Assembly: GCA_963681965.1 (NCBI GenBank)
Contig: OY820579.1
Coordinates: 992,001-1,056,000, forward strand
Source of the DNA: a bacterium
GTDB taxonomy: Bacteria; Electryoneota; JAOADG01
Length of the DNA stretch: 64,000 nucleotides
Reading direction: 5' to 3'
The number at the start of each line of letters is the position of its first letter. The stretch's first letter is position 1. Of this stretch, positions 50,309-58,767 are shown piece by piece. The translations under genes were made by a program, and so were the position numbers. The notes below the pieces were generated by a model. The model had not been told where the DNA came from, did not search any database, and saw only the letters and a list, made by a program, of their open reading frames with translations.

Positions 50309-52645
50309 CTACTTACGATTAATCGACTTTTTGGCATGTTCATGAGCCAATAAGACGGCATTAGGCGTTGCTGGCAATGATAACTGAATCGGAACACTGT
50401 GATTGACCGCTGCCGATAGCGCATCTTTAATTGCAAAGAAAACGGCTTCGCCGTAAATCAATGGTGGTTCACCGATAGCTTTGCTTTGGTAGACACTGGC
50501 ATGCTCGCGATCGCAATCTACCATATCCACTATAAACGTTTCCGGTAGATCTTTGATCGTGGGGATTTTATAGGTAGACGGCGATACCGCTAGATATTCA
50601 CCGGAGACCGGATGAAAAGCGAGTTCTTCGAACGTACACCAACCCATGCCTTGAATGAACGCGCCTTCAATTTGACCGCGATCAATTTCCGGATTAAGCG
50701 ATCGTCCGGTTTCGTGAACGATGTGTGTTGATACGATGCGGAAGGTTCCATCCATCAATTTGAGTTCAACCACTGCTAATGCACAACCGAATACAAAATA
50801 AGCGAACGGCGAGCCATGGAATGCGACTCGATCGAATACTAGGTTCGGGGTTCGATAATAACCGTGTGCACCCAACGCAATTCGATTCATGTAGGCATAG
50901 TGAACGACTTCCGGAAAAGTTAAGATGTGCTCGGGAGCAGTTCGGGAGTAAATCGTATCGGCTTCGAAAACGATTTCATCCGGTGAAACTTCAACATCCC
51001 ATTTCTCACGATAGAGCAAAATCGCTTGATCAGTCAGTCGGTCTCGGAGAATCTTCGCGGCGATTCGTGCCGCGTTCCCATTGATATCCGACCCGGAAGA
51101 GGCTGCCGTTGGCGATGCATTGCCTACGCGTTTCGTATTGGCAGTTTCAACGCGAATTCGCGAAAGCGAAACACCTAATTCGCGTGCAACCACTTGCGCC
51201 ACCTTCGTATTGAGTTCTTGACCCATTTCAATACCGCCGTGGCTCAAGGAAATCGAACCATCGGTATAGATCCAAACCAGTGCCGAACCCTGATTCAAAA
51301 ACGTCGCAGTAAATGAGATCCCAAATTTGGTTGGCATTACGCCAATACCGCGCTTAACGTCATGGTGCAATAGGTTGAAGTGATTTACTTCGGTTGTCAC
51401 TCGATCGTATTCGGCATCAGTACGCAATCGCTCCAATAATTCGACGGTTGCCGCCTCGTGAACTTGCTGACCGAAGGGAGTAGTCTGACCTTCCGAGTAA
51501 GAATTCATAATCCGGATCGTGAATGGATCAATCTTCAGCATTTCTGCAATGCGAGTAATTGCGCTCTCAATCGCAAAAATGCCTTGAGGTGCGCCAAAGC
51601 CACGCATCGCTGTATTGGGTGGAAGATTGGTGCGGCAAGCCCGACCGGTGATTTTTACGTTTGGGATGAAATAGCAGTTGTCGGCGTGGAGAACAGCACG
51701 ATCGAGAATTGCCAGCGATAAATCACAGTAGGCACCACCATTCGCATTCAATTCGACTTCGTACGCTGTGATCTTGCCACTCTTGGTAAAACCGATGCGG
51801 TAGCGGATATCGAAGGGGTGTCGTTTCCCGGTCCAGCGCATATCTTCGTGCCGGGTCAATATGAGTTCGGTCGGTTTTCCGGTCACTGCCGCTGCCAGAG
51901 CTGTCAAACACGACCAAAGCACCGGAGTGCGTTCTTTACCGCCAAACCCTCCACCAAGACGCGGTACTTCGATTGTGATATCCTTGCTATGTTTACCTAA
52001 GACCTTCGCACAAATCTCCTGTACTTCCGAAGTACTTTGTGTCGCCGATTGTAAAACGATCTCGCCGTTTTCACCCGGGATCGCAATACAGCGTTGCGTT
52101 TCTAGATAGAAATGTTCCTGTCCGGCAAGATGCAATTCGTCTTCCAGAATATGATCCGCTGCAGCAAATCCTTCTTCGATATTGCCGCGAAGAACATGGC
52201 GTGCGGGAACATACAATAAGTCCCGTTCGATTGCTTCGGCAGTGGTCAGAACCGGATGTAAGTTTTCATACTCGACGTTAACCTTACTTGCCGCGAGTTC
52301 GGCGATGCGAGCGGTCTCTGCCACAACCAGTGCGATCGGTTGTCCGATATATTGAACTTCATCGACTGGAAAAAGCGGTTCATCGAGTAGTACATGCCCG
52401 ATCATATTTTCGCCGGGAATGTCGCGGTGCGTGAGTATTGCAATCACACCCGGAATTGATTGGGCTGCGGATGCATCGATCGAGCGGATTTTCGCATGAG
52501 CATACTGACTTGGAACTGGTTTGAGAGCCAAGCATTGTGGAGATGGTAACATCTCACCGATGAAGCGCGACTGTCCGGTAACGTGAAGATTTCCACTCAA
52601 GTGCAGCGGTGTATTCGATTGCTTGGACGTCGGAGGCGTTCTCAT
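50309..52645 (-). CDS. xdhB: Xanthine dehydrogenase molybdopterin subunit (Rhodobacter/Pseudomonas/eukaryote-like)
   Basis: GQEHFYLETQ, RLGGGFGGKE, NTAMRGFGAPQG, KFGISFT, GIEMGQ, SPTAASSGSD, YKIP, SKAIGEPP. Confidence 0.93.
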   Translation of the reverse strand: MRTPPTSKQSNTPLHLSGNLHVTGQSRFIGEMLPSPQCLALKPVPSQYAHAKIRSIDASAAQSIPGVIAILTHRDIPGENMIGHVLLDEPLFPVDEVQYIGQPIALVVAETARIAELAASKVNVEYENLHPVLTTAEAIERDLLYVPARHVLRGNIEEGFAAADHILEDELHLAGQEHFYLETQRCIAIPGENGEIVLQSATQSTSEVQEICAKVLGKHSKDITIEVPRLGGGFGGKERTPVLWSCLTALAAAVTGKPTELILTRHEDMRWTGKRHPFDIRYRIGFTKSGKITAYEVELNANGGAYCDLSLAILDRAVLHADNCYFIPNVKITGRACRTNLPPNTAMRGFGAPQGIFAIESAITRIAEMLKIDPFTIRIMNSYSEGQTTPFGQQVHEAATVELLERLRTDAEYDRVTTEVNHFNLLHHDVKRGIGVMPTKFGISFTATFLNQGSALVWIYTDGSISLSHGGIEMGQELNTKVAQVVARELGVSLSRIRVETANTKRVGNASPTAASSGSDINGNAARIAAKILRDRLTDQAILLYREKWDVEVSPDEIVFEADTIYSRTAPEHILTFPEVVHYAYMNRIALGAHGYYRTPNLVFDRVAFHGSPFAYFVFGCALAVVELKLMDGTFRIVSTHIVHETGRSLNPEIDRGQIEGAFIQGMGWCTFEELAFHPVSGEYLAVSPSTYKIPTIKDLPETFIVDMVDCDREHASVYQSKAIGEPPLIYGEAVFFAIKDALSAAVNHSVPIQLSLPATPNAVLLAHEHAKKSINRK

Positions 52646-54138
52646 TTCGACTCCTTCCCGGAAAGAACCGCTTCCTGAAGTTTAGTAAGGTGTTGTACTA
52701 CGTGATTGCGGATCAATATTGAGCGGTACTCGGCACTCCCGCGGATGTCGGTCATTGGCGTGAAGTCATCGATGGCAAGTTGAGCGCATTGATCGATTAC
52801 CTCGGTTGTCAAATTTTTACCTACCAGAAATTCCGAACTCGGGAGCGACAAGCGGGGAATTTTATCTACGCCTCCAAATGCGAATCGACTGGATATAATC
52901 GACGATCCTTCGATTTGAATGGAACAGGCAGAATTTACCGAAGAGATATCGACTGCGATACGCTTGCTTGATTTAATGAAATTCGAAAATCCGGTTTTGA
53001 TCGGAAGAATGATCGCGGAAATAATCTCCAGTAATTGCAGCGCAGTTTTGCGATAATCGAGGAAGAATTGATCGATCTTCACGATCCGAATCCCGTTCGA
53101 AGAACGTAGCTCCAATTTTGCATCGAGCGCCAGTAGCGCTACCGTTCCATCGGCGATGGGTGAAGCGTGAGCGACATTTCCTGCCAGCGTCGCCACATTT
53201 CGGATTTGTGAAGAACCAACCCACGTCGCGGCTGTGACCAGCATCGGGAAATGTGTTTGCACGAATGTGTTATCGATAATTTCCCGATAGGTTGATGTGG
53301 CACCAATCCGAATCTCGGTTCCGTTTCCGGTGATCCTTTTTAATTCCGGGATTTTGTCGATATCGATAAAACATGCGGGAAATCGTCGTTGAACATTCCG
53401 TTCGACGTAGATATCAGTTCCACCGGCGATGAGCCGGAATTCATCCGGTTTCGAAAATGTATCGAGTAGTTTAAATAAATCATTAATTGTTTCTGGAGTA
53501 TGGTAATCGGTCGTCGAACGCTGTTCGTGATTAGAGGTAGGTTTTGAACCGATATCAATATGATTATCCAATAGAAAAGATTTTGCCGCATCACACGATC
53601 TCGGATAGAGATTTTCTTTTCCATCGAAAGTGGAAAATGTTTCAGCTAATATCTCGGCAGCTGCGAGAATCGACCGATAACCGGTACAGCGACACAAATT
53701 GCCTTCCAGTGCAGTCTTCAGTTCCTCAACTGTCGATGTCTCGTGGGTCGTGAAATGGCAAAACAACGTCATAATAATACCGGGAGTACAGTATCCGCAT
53801 TGAGTTCCATGTTGTTCGAGTAGAATCTGCTGTATTGGATGGAGTTGAGTTCCGGCAGCGAGTCCTTCGACGGTTAGGATATGCTTTTGATGCATCCTTG
53901 CTGTGGGAAATAGGCACGAATTAATCGCGCGATAGCGAAGTACTCCAGTCGAATCAATTTCGCCTACTGCTATTGCACATGCGCCACAATCGCCTTCCGA
54001 ACAAACTTCTTTTGTTCCAGTTAAACGCAATTTGTCCCGGAGTAATTCCAACGACGTTTCATCGGGATTCACATCGCAACTGACCACTCGGTCGTTGAGC
54101 ATGAAAGTGATTGTCTGTTGAGTAATTGAATCGTTCAT
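52642..54138 (-). CDS. xdhA: Xanthine dehydrogenase small subunit (2x[2Fe-2S] + FAD)
   Basis: GTKEVCSEGDCGAC, QCGYCTPG, GNLCRCTGY, IAGGTD, QIRNVATLAGN..ASPIAD, DIRGSAEYR; ATG 54138 with AGGA upstream. Confidence 0.93.
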   Translation of the reverse strand: MNDSITQQTITFMLNDRVVSCDVNPDETSLELLRDKLRLTGTKEVCSEGDCGACAIAVGEIDSTGVLRYRAINSCLFPTARMHQKHILTVEGLAAGTQLHPIQQILLEQHGTQCGYCTPGIIMTLFCHFTTHETSTVEELKTALEGNLCRCTGYRSILAAAEILAETFSTFDGKENLYPRSCDAAKSFLLDNHIDIGSKPTSNHEQRSTTDYHTPETINDLFKLLDTFSKPDEFRLIAGGTDIYVERNVQRRFPACFIDIDKIPELKRITGNGTEIRIGATSTYREIIDNTFVQTHFPMLVTAATWVGSSQIRNVATLAGNVAHASPIADGTVALLALDAKLELRSSNGIRIVKIDQFFLDYRKTALQLLEIISAIILPIKTGFSNFIKSSKRIAVDISSVNSACSIQIEGSSIISSRFAFGGVDKIPRLSLPSSEFLVGKNLTTEVIDQCAQLAIDDFTPMTDIRGSAEYRSILIRNHVVQHLTKLQEAVLSGKESK

Positions 54139-54202
54139 TGCTATTGTCCGATTCCTGAAAAAAGTAAATAAATAGAAAGAATTCAATTCGAATAGGTATC
54201 AC

Positions 54203-54305
54203 AATTACACTCCGAGGAATCAATCTCGAAGTCGGATGGATCGCGGCTCATCGATGTCCATGATTAGGGTAACGCGGTAAGTTCCGTTGAGAGGCATCCG
54301 TAATT
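54203..54305 (-). ncRNA. Candidate structured 5' leader (possible riboswitch) of the purine-catabolism operon
   Basis: Minus-strand nested stems AAUUAC/GUAAUU, GGAUG/CAUCC and ACUUCGAG/CUCGGAGU form a three-way junction. No known family recognised. Confidence 0.4.
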
Positions 54306-54312
54306 AAATCAC

Positions 54313-54341
54313 AAAATAGTTGAATATTCTTGTAAATACAA
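54313..54341 (-). promoter_or_regulatory. Putative sigma70 promoter for the xdhA operon
   Basis: Minus strand TTGTAT-N17-TATTTT, placing +1 near 54305. Confidence 0.4.
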
Positions 54342-54585
54342 GGTTTTTTGGTGAGTAATACGGTTTTTATACCGCTTCATTTGGGTCATTTTCAAATCTT
54401 TGATCGAGTGTTCCACGTCACAAATTTAAATAGAAGCGGGTTTGTAATTTGCTAATATTCAATTAGATAATATTTAACTAAGAAATTATCGACACGAGTG
54501 CGGAATTTCTTTGGTAGCATTTTGCGATAAAGTATTTTACAGTAGAAAGTATTTGCACTGAATTCGGCTATATTAACTGGATAAA

Positions 54586-56790
54586 ATGAAAATTCCATTC
54601 GCACTCATATCATTTCTAATATTGCTAAGCGTAGGATTATCCGGATGTCAGAAAGCATCGGTCGATCCAGTCGCATATCCGATTCAGTTTAAGCAGATTC
54701 GTACCTTTTCGTCGGATGTAACTGATCTACAACTGATTGATTGGAATCATACCGGAAAACGACAAATCCTAATAGGCTATTTTGGAGTGAATGAAGAGGC
54801 GCCTCGCTTCCGGGTCGAGAATTGGAATGGTCGATTGTTCGATGGTCGCTTATCGCGTAAAGTGTTTCAAGTTCGAAATCAACGTCAGAATCCAACCGAC
54901 ACGATTCGGTATCAATGGATTGAAACCGAACTCGACAGCGACAACGATGGTCGGTTTGAGTGCTTTCTACAGGAATCGACGCCTTCTGCGGTTTCATTAA
55001 TCGAGTTCGATCCCGATCGAAAGAATTCCTCTTCTTTTCGCGAAACCGATTCGTCCAAATTGCTGCAATTATCGCGTCCGGAATCGTTACCGGCAGAATT
55101 GCCATGGATTGTCACGATCCACGGACCTTACCCCTTGAAAAAACGACCGAATGAACCGATTGCCTGGATCTCCATCGATTATGGTATTACCAATCAACCT
55201 GGAATGTTGATTTTGTTGGATAGTATTCACCCTTGGAAAGAACGATTTCGGTATACTGCTCATTCCGTTCCTCAATTGGTTACTTGCTTTGACCTCAATC
55301 GGGATGGCGTAAGCGAGTACATTGTTGCGATCAATCCCAGCGATCAACCGGTATCGGATGATGATTCAGTAAACAATGTTGCCAGTGTTATCGCTTTGAA
55401 TACAACCGGAAAGAGACTTTGGCAAACGGTTGTAAGTAGACATTCCCATAAAATATCGACACAATTCATAAATGGATCCGTTCCGAGAGTTGCGGCAATC
55501 GAAATAGTCAGCGATTCTTCCGGAGCCACACAATCGCATCTCGTTGAAATGCAGCTCGGAACCGGAAAAATTGTCGTCGATACGGTTCTATCCGGGCACA
55601 TTATGATCCCCGATCCTGCTTCCAAAATAGCACGTAATTGGGCATTGCTAGTGAATGAAACCGCGAACTCGATTCAGTGGTTGGATCGTAACTATAAACC
55701 CTCCGGAAAGATTCAATATTTCAGTGGTATTACGCGTGTCATCGGCAAAATTGACAATTCCGATCCCGAGATTCCATCGTTATACGAAGTCGTCACAAAT
55801 GACGGGGACAATTCTGTTTACTTAAATCGCGATTTAGAATTGATGGCAATCGCTCCGTTTTCCATCTTTCCCGATGAATATTCATATTTGAACTGTATTC
55901 CTAATGAAAAACGATTCGTCACCGAGGGGGTGATCGATGGATCGAGACGGCAGATTTTAAAAGGAATTTCCGGCGACGAATTTACGTTTGTGTATGCCTC
56001 GAAGAATCATTTTTGGCTGATCTGGCGTTACCGTTGGTTGATGACGATCGGTGGTGGTTTAATCGTAGGCTATTTTGGATTATTCTATTCACTGAAGTTT
56101 TACCGGAAACGTCGGGAACACCGAATTGCCGAGTTGGAAATACGTGAATTGTCACGGGAGTTAACCGGTGCCGAAGAGCGCGAACGACAGCGTATCGGTC
56201 GGGATTTGCACGATGGAGTCGCACAAGAATTACTGGCGATCAAACTCAATCTGGAATCGCTTCGCGATGCGAAATCGTCGGATTGCTCTGCCGATTCAAC
56301 GATCCAAAAGACCGTCGATCAATTGCATCACACCATCCAAGAAGTTCGAAGTATCAGCCATCGGTTACTCCCTGCCGGATTGGATACCTTTGGTCTATTG
56401 ATCAGTATTCGCTCTTTGATCGACGATTTTCGACAGGAGACGCATCTTACTGTAGACTTTGAATCGATTGCATGCGAGGATTTAGAACCACACGGTGATT
56501 TGGCAATATTGATTTATCGCCTAGTACAAGAAGCTCTAAACAATATTCAGCGGCACGCTGAAGCGACCAAAGTCCGAGTTAGAATGGAACGCAATTTTCG
56601 ATCGGTTTGTATCGTCATCGAAGACGATGGAAAAGGCTTTGAAGTGGTACAACGCAGGATCGCCGCGGTCGCCGATAAACGTCTAGGACTTTACGGTATG
56701 ACTGTGCGAGTGCGACAACTGAATGGTACAATTCAAATCGATTCGCAACCGAATCTTGGAACCCGAATCACAGTTACAATTCCAGTGTGA
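54586..56790 (+). CDS. Sensor histidine kinase (HisKA_3/NarX-type) with large extracytoplasmic FG-GAP-like propeller domain
   Basis: EERERQRIGRDLHDGVAQ, YRLVQEALNNIQRHA, EDDGKGF, GLYGM; one TM; DxD/NxDG loops; lipobox LSGC. Confidence 0.92.
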   Translation: MKIPFALISFLILLSVGLSGCQKASVDPVAYPIQFKQIRTFSSDVTDLQLIDWNHTGKRQILIGYFGVNEEAPRFRVENWNGRLFDGRLSRKVFQVRNQRQNPTDTIRYQWIETELDSDNDGRFECFLQESTPSAVSLIEFDPDRKNSSSFRETDSSKLLQLSRPESLPAELPWIVTIHGPYPLKKRPNEPIAWISIDYGITNQPGMLILLDSIHPWKERFRYTAHSVPQLVTCFDLNRDGVSEYIVAINPSDQPVSDDDSVNNVASVIALNTTGKRLWQTVVSRHSHKISTQFINGSVPRVAAIEIVSDSSGATQSHLVEMQLGTGKIVVDTVLSGHIMIPDPASKIARNWALLVNETANSIQWLDRNYKPSGKIQYFSGITRVIGKIDNSDPEIPSLYEVVTNDGDNSVYLNRDLELMAIAPFSIFPDEYSYLNCIPNEKRFVTEGVIDGSRRQILKGISGDEFTFVYASKNHFWLIWRYRWLMTIGGGLIVGYFGLFYSLKFYRKRREHRIAELEIRELSRELTGAEERERQRIGRDLHDGVAQELLAIKLNLESLRDAKSSDCSADSTIQKTVDQLHHTIQEVRSISHRLLPAGLDTFGLLISIRSLIDDFRQETHLTVDFESIACEDLEPHGDLAILIYRLVQEALNNIQRHAEATKVRVRMERNFRSVCIVIEDDGKGFEVVQRRIAAVADKRLGLYGMTVRVRQLNGTIQIDSQPNLGTRITVTIPV

Positions 56791-56797
56791 GTGAGTT

Positions 56798-57463
56798 ATG
56801 ACGGTAAAAAAACGAATTATTGTTGTCGACGATCATCCGATGTTTCGCGATGGTGTCAAAGCGCGACTTAGGTTGGATGACCGGTTTGAAATTGTTGCCG
56901 AGGCGGGAACGGTTCAAGAAGCTTTACGGATCATACGCGCAAAGAATCCCGATGTCGTATTGTTAGATATCTCGCTTCCCGATGGAAATGGCATCGAATT
57001 GGCGAAAGAAATCAAATTTCTGCAACCGGACGTGAAAATCCTTTTTTTGAGTTTTCTGATTAAACGAGAATTCATTGCATCGGCGATTAGTGCCGGAGCA
57101 AATGGATATATCGGGAAAGACGCCGTAGGCGAAAACTTGATCGCCGCGTTGGATGCAATTCTACGAGGATCGTTGTATATCGATAGTTCCATCCCTTTTC
57201 AAGTTGTTAAAAGCTTAACCGACGACAAGCAGAAAATTGAAAAAGGCGATTCGGTAGCTTTGTCTGCGCGCGAACAGGAGATTCTCAAGTACGTTGCCGA
57301 AGGAAAATCGTCGAAGGAAATTGCCGACGCTCTAACAATCTCGGTAAAAACCGTCGAGAATCACCGAACAACCATCATGACCAAGCTGAAGTTGAATAAT
57401 GTTGTCGAGATGGTCTGGTATGCAATAAAAATTGGATTAATCGATCCCGAATCGAAGCGTTAA
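56798..57463 (+). CDS. NarL/LuxR family response regulator
   Basis: VDDHP, LLDISLP, GYIGK, LSAREQEIL..VAEGKSSKEIA, TVENHR. Confidence 0.95.
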   Translation: MTVKKRIIVVDDHPMFRDGVKARLRLDDRFEIVAEAGTVQEALRIIRAKNPDVVLLDISLPDGNGIELAKEIKFLQPDVKILFLSFLIKREFIASAISAGANGYIGKDAVGENLIAALDAILRGSLYIDSSIPFQVVKSLTDDKQKIEKGDSVALSAREQEILKYVAEGKSSKEIADALTISVKTVENHRTTIMTKLKLNNVVEMVWYAIKIGLIDPESKR

Positions 57464-57503
57464 CTTCACAAATTCCAGCAAAAAACCTCCAATTGTGTTA
57501 TCG

Positions 57504-57583
57504 TCGGGATTTATTCCCGCCGACTAGGTAGAAATCCCTATAGATCCGTGTTTTTAAAAAGGTTACCCTATAACTAGGGTGAC
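57504..57583 (+). promoter_or_regulatory. Clustered palindromic operator-like sites
   Basis: TCGGGATTTATTCCCG (57504), TAGGTAGAAATCCCTA (57525, 21 bp later), GTTACCCTA-TAAC-TAGGGTGAC (57562-57583). Confidence 0.45.
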
Positions 57584-57675
57584 TGAAGAACGTTAGTTTG
57601 TCGGGAATCGATACCGATATCCGGAACAAATAGCAGAAGTTCTTCCGACACCATGATCGAATCTGGGAGGTTCAA

Positions 57676-58716
57676 ATGAATACTGCAGTACAAACTTTTC
57701 CGAAAGAATTCGAAGTTCATTTCTTTCGTGATGTCGACAAAGAGTTGCTACTCATCGTTGTCGTATGCTATACCATAACACTGCTGGCTTGTTCAGTAAT
57801 GATGAATATTCGGTTGCCGGGAATTACCGTAGAAGATGCAAACAAGTGGCTGAACTCGATTGCGCCGGTGCGAGTCGATATCAGTCAAATTGAAACGGTG
57901 AAGCCGAATAAAATTATTTCAGTGCAATCCCCAACGGAACCATCGGGCAATGGAAACAATCTTATTTCGGGAATCAGCACCGAGGCACAACAACAACAAT
58001 CGATCGATGCGATGACGGCAGTTCAGTCGGTGGGAATCTTCTCGCAGGCTGGAGGTCGAACCGATAGTCGAAAGGGAAATGGTCAATATGGTGGCGGTGC
58101 GATGGAGGGTGGTGGAAGTCCAACTGGTACTGGTCTTGGATCGGGATATCGAACTGGCTTGAAGTCGATACAATCGGGAAGCGATCTCGGAAATCTGTCG
58201 CACATTGTAATGGATCCAAAAAAATCGGAAGCAATTGCACAACTGAAAGCCGGTGGAAAAATGCTTTCGGGATCTCCAACTCAACAGGGAAAACGCCTCA
58301 CACTCTCGCAATTGCGCGAACTCCCGCTGGAAAAACTAATCGAACGTGCAACAGTTCACACCAGCAGCGCTTTTCAAATGGCGAGTCCCGGTCAAGCGAT
58401 TTCTGCAAAGGGTAGAAGTAAAGCAGATGTATATATGATTGTCTCGAGCAATGTCAACCAGATTCGTTCTTGCTTTCAATCCATGCTGCGTCGCGATCCC
58501 GGTTTGGAAGGAAGCGTGACACTTTCATTTACAATCCAACCAAATGGAAAAACGAAAAACGTTAGGATACTGGAACGAACTTGGACCGATACTGCGCTAG
58601 GAAAACTAGTCGAAGCGGCAATATGCGAGCGGATCGGAATGTGGCAGTTCGGAGCAATCGATCCTACTGCCGGTGACTTAACTGTCTCTTCGATGAGTTA
58701 TGTCTTTACTCGCTAA
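57676..58716 (+). CDS. Membrane-anchored protein with AgmX/PglI (TonB-C-like) C-terminal domain
   Basis: Single TM, Gly-rich linker, C-terminal QIRSCFQSMLRRDPGLEGSVTLSFTIQPNG...W.F...YVF; GGAGG RBS. Confidence 0.78.
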   Translation: MNTAVQTFPKEFEVHFFRDVDKELLLIVVVCYTITLLACSVMMNIRLPGITVEDANKWLNSIAPVRVDISQIETVKPNKIISVQSPTEPSGNGNNLISGISTEAQQQQSIDAMTAVQSVGIFSQAGGRTDSRKGNGQYGGGAMEGGGSPTGTGLGSGYRTGLKSIQSGSDLGNLSHIVMDPKKSEAIAQLKAGGKMLSGSPTQQGKRLTLSQLRELPLEKLIERATVHTSSAFQMASPGQAISAKGRSKADVYMIVSSNVNQIRSCFQSMLRRDPGLEGSVTLSFTIQPNGKTKNVRILERTWTDTALGKLVEAAICERIGMWQFGAIDPTAGDLTVSSMSYVFTR

Positions 58717-58767
58717 TAAAGCTGTGTAAATCGAATTTATCACAAAATCTCAAGGAACGAGGTTATC

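Noticed and set aside
36636-54138. Selenocysteine (in-frame UGA) readthrough or a selC tRNA in the cluster
   Set aside because: All genes appear full length without internal UGA, and no tRNA-Sec-like sequence is visible.
54203-54305. Moco riboswitch on the plus strand (ACACUCCGAG...AUUAGGGU)
   Set aside because: Wrong orientation for the xdh operon, and it lacks the GAAAC and GCCUCCC...GGAAAGGAG elements.
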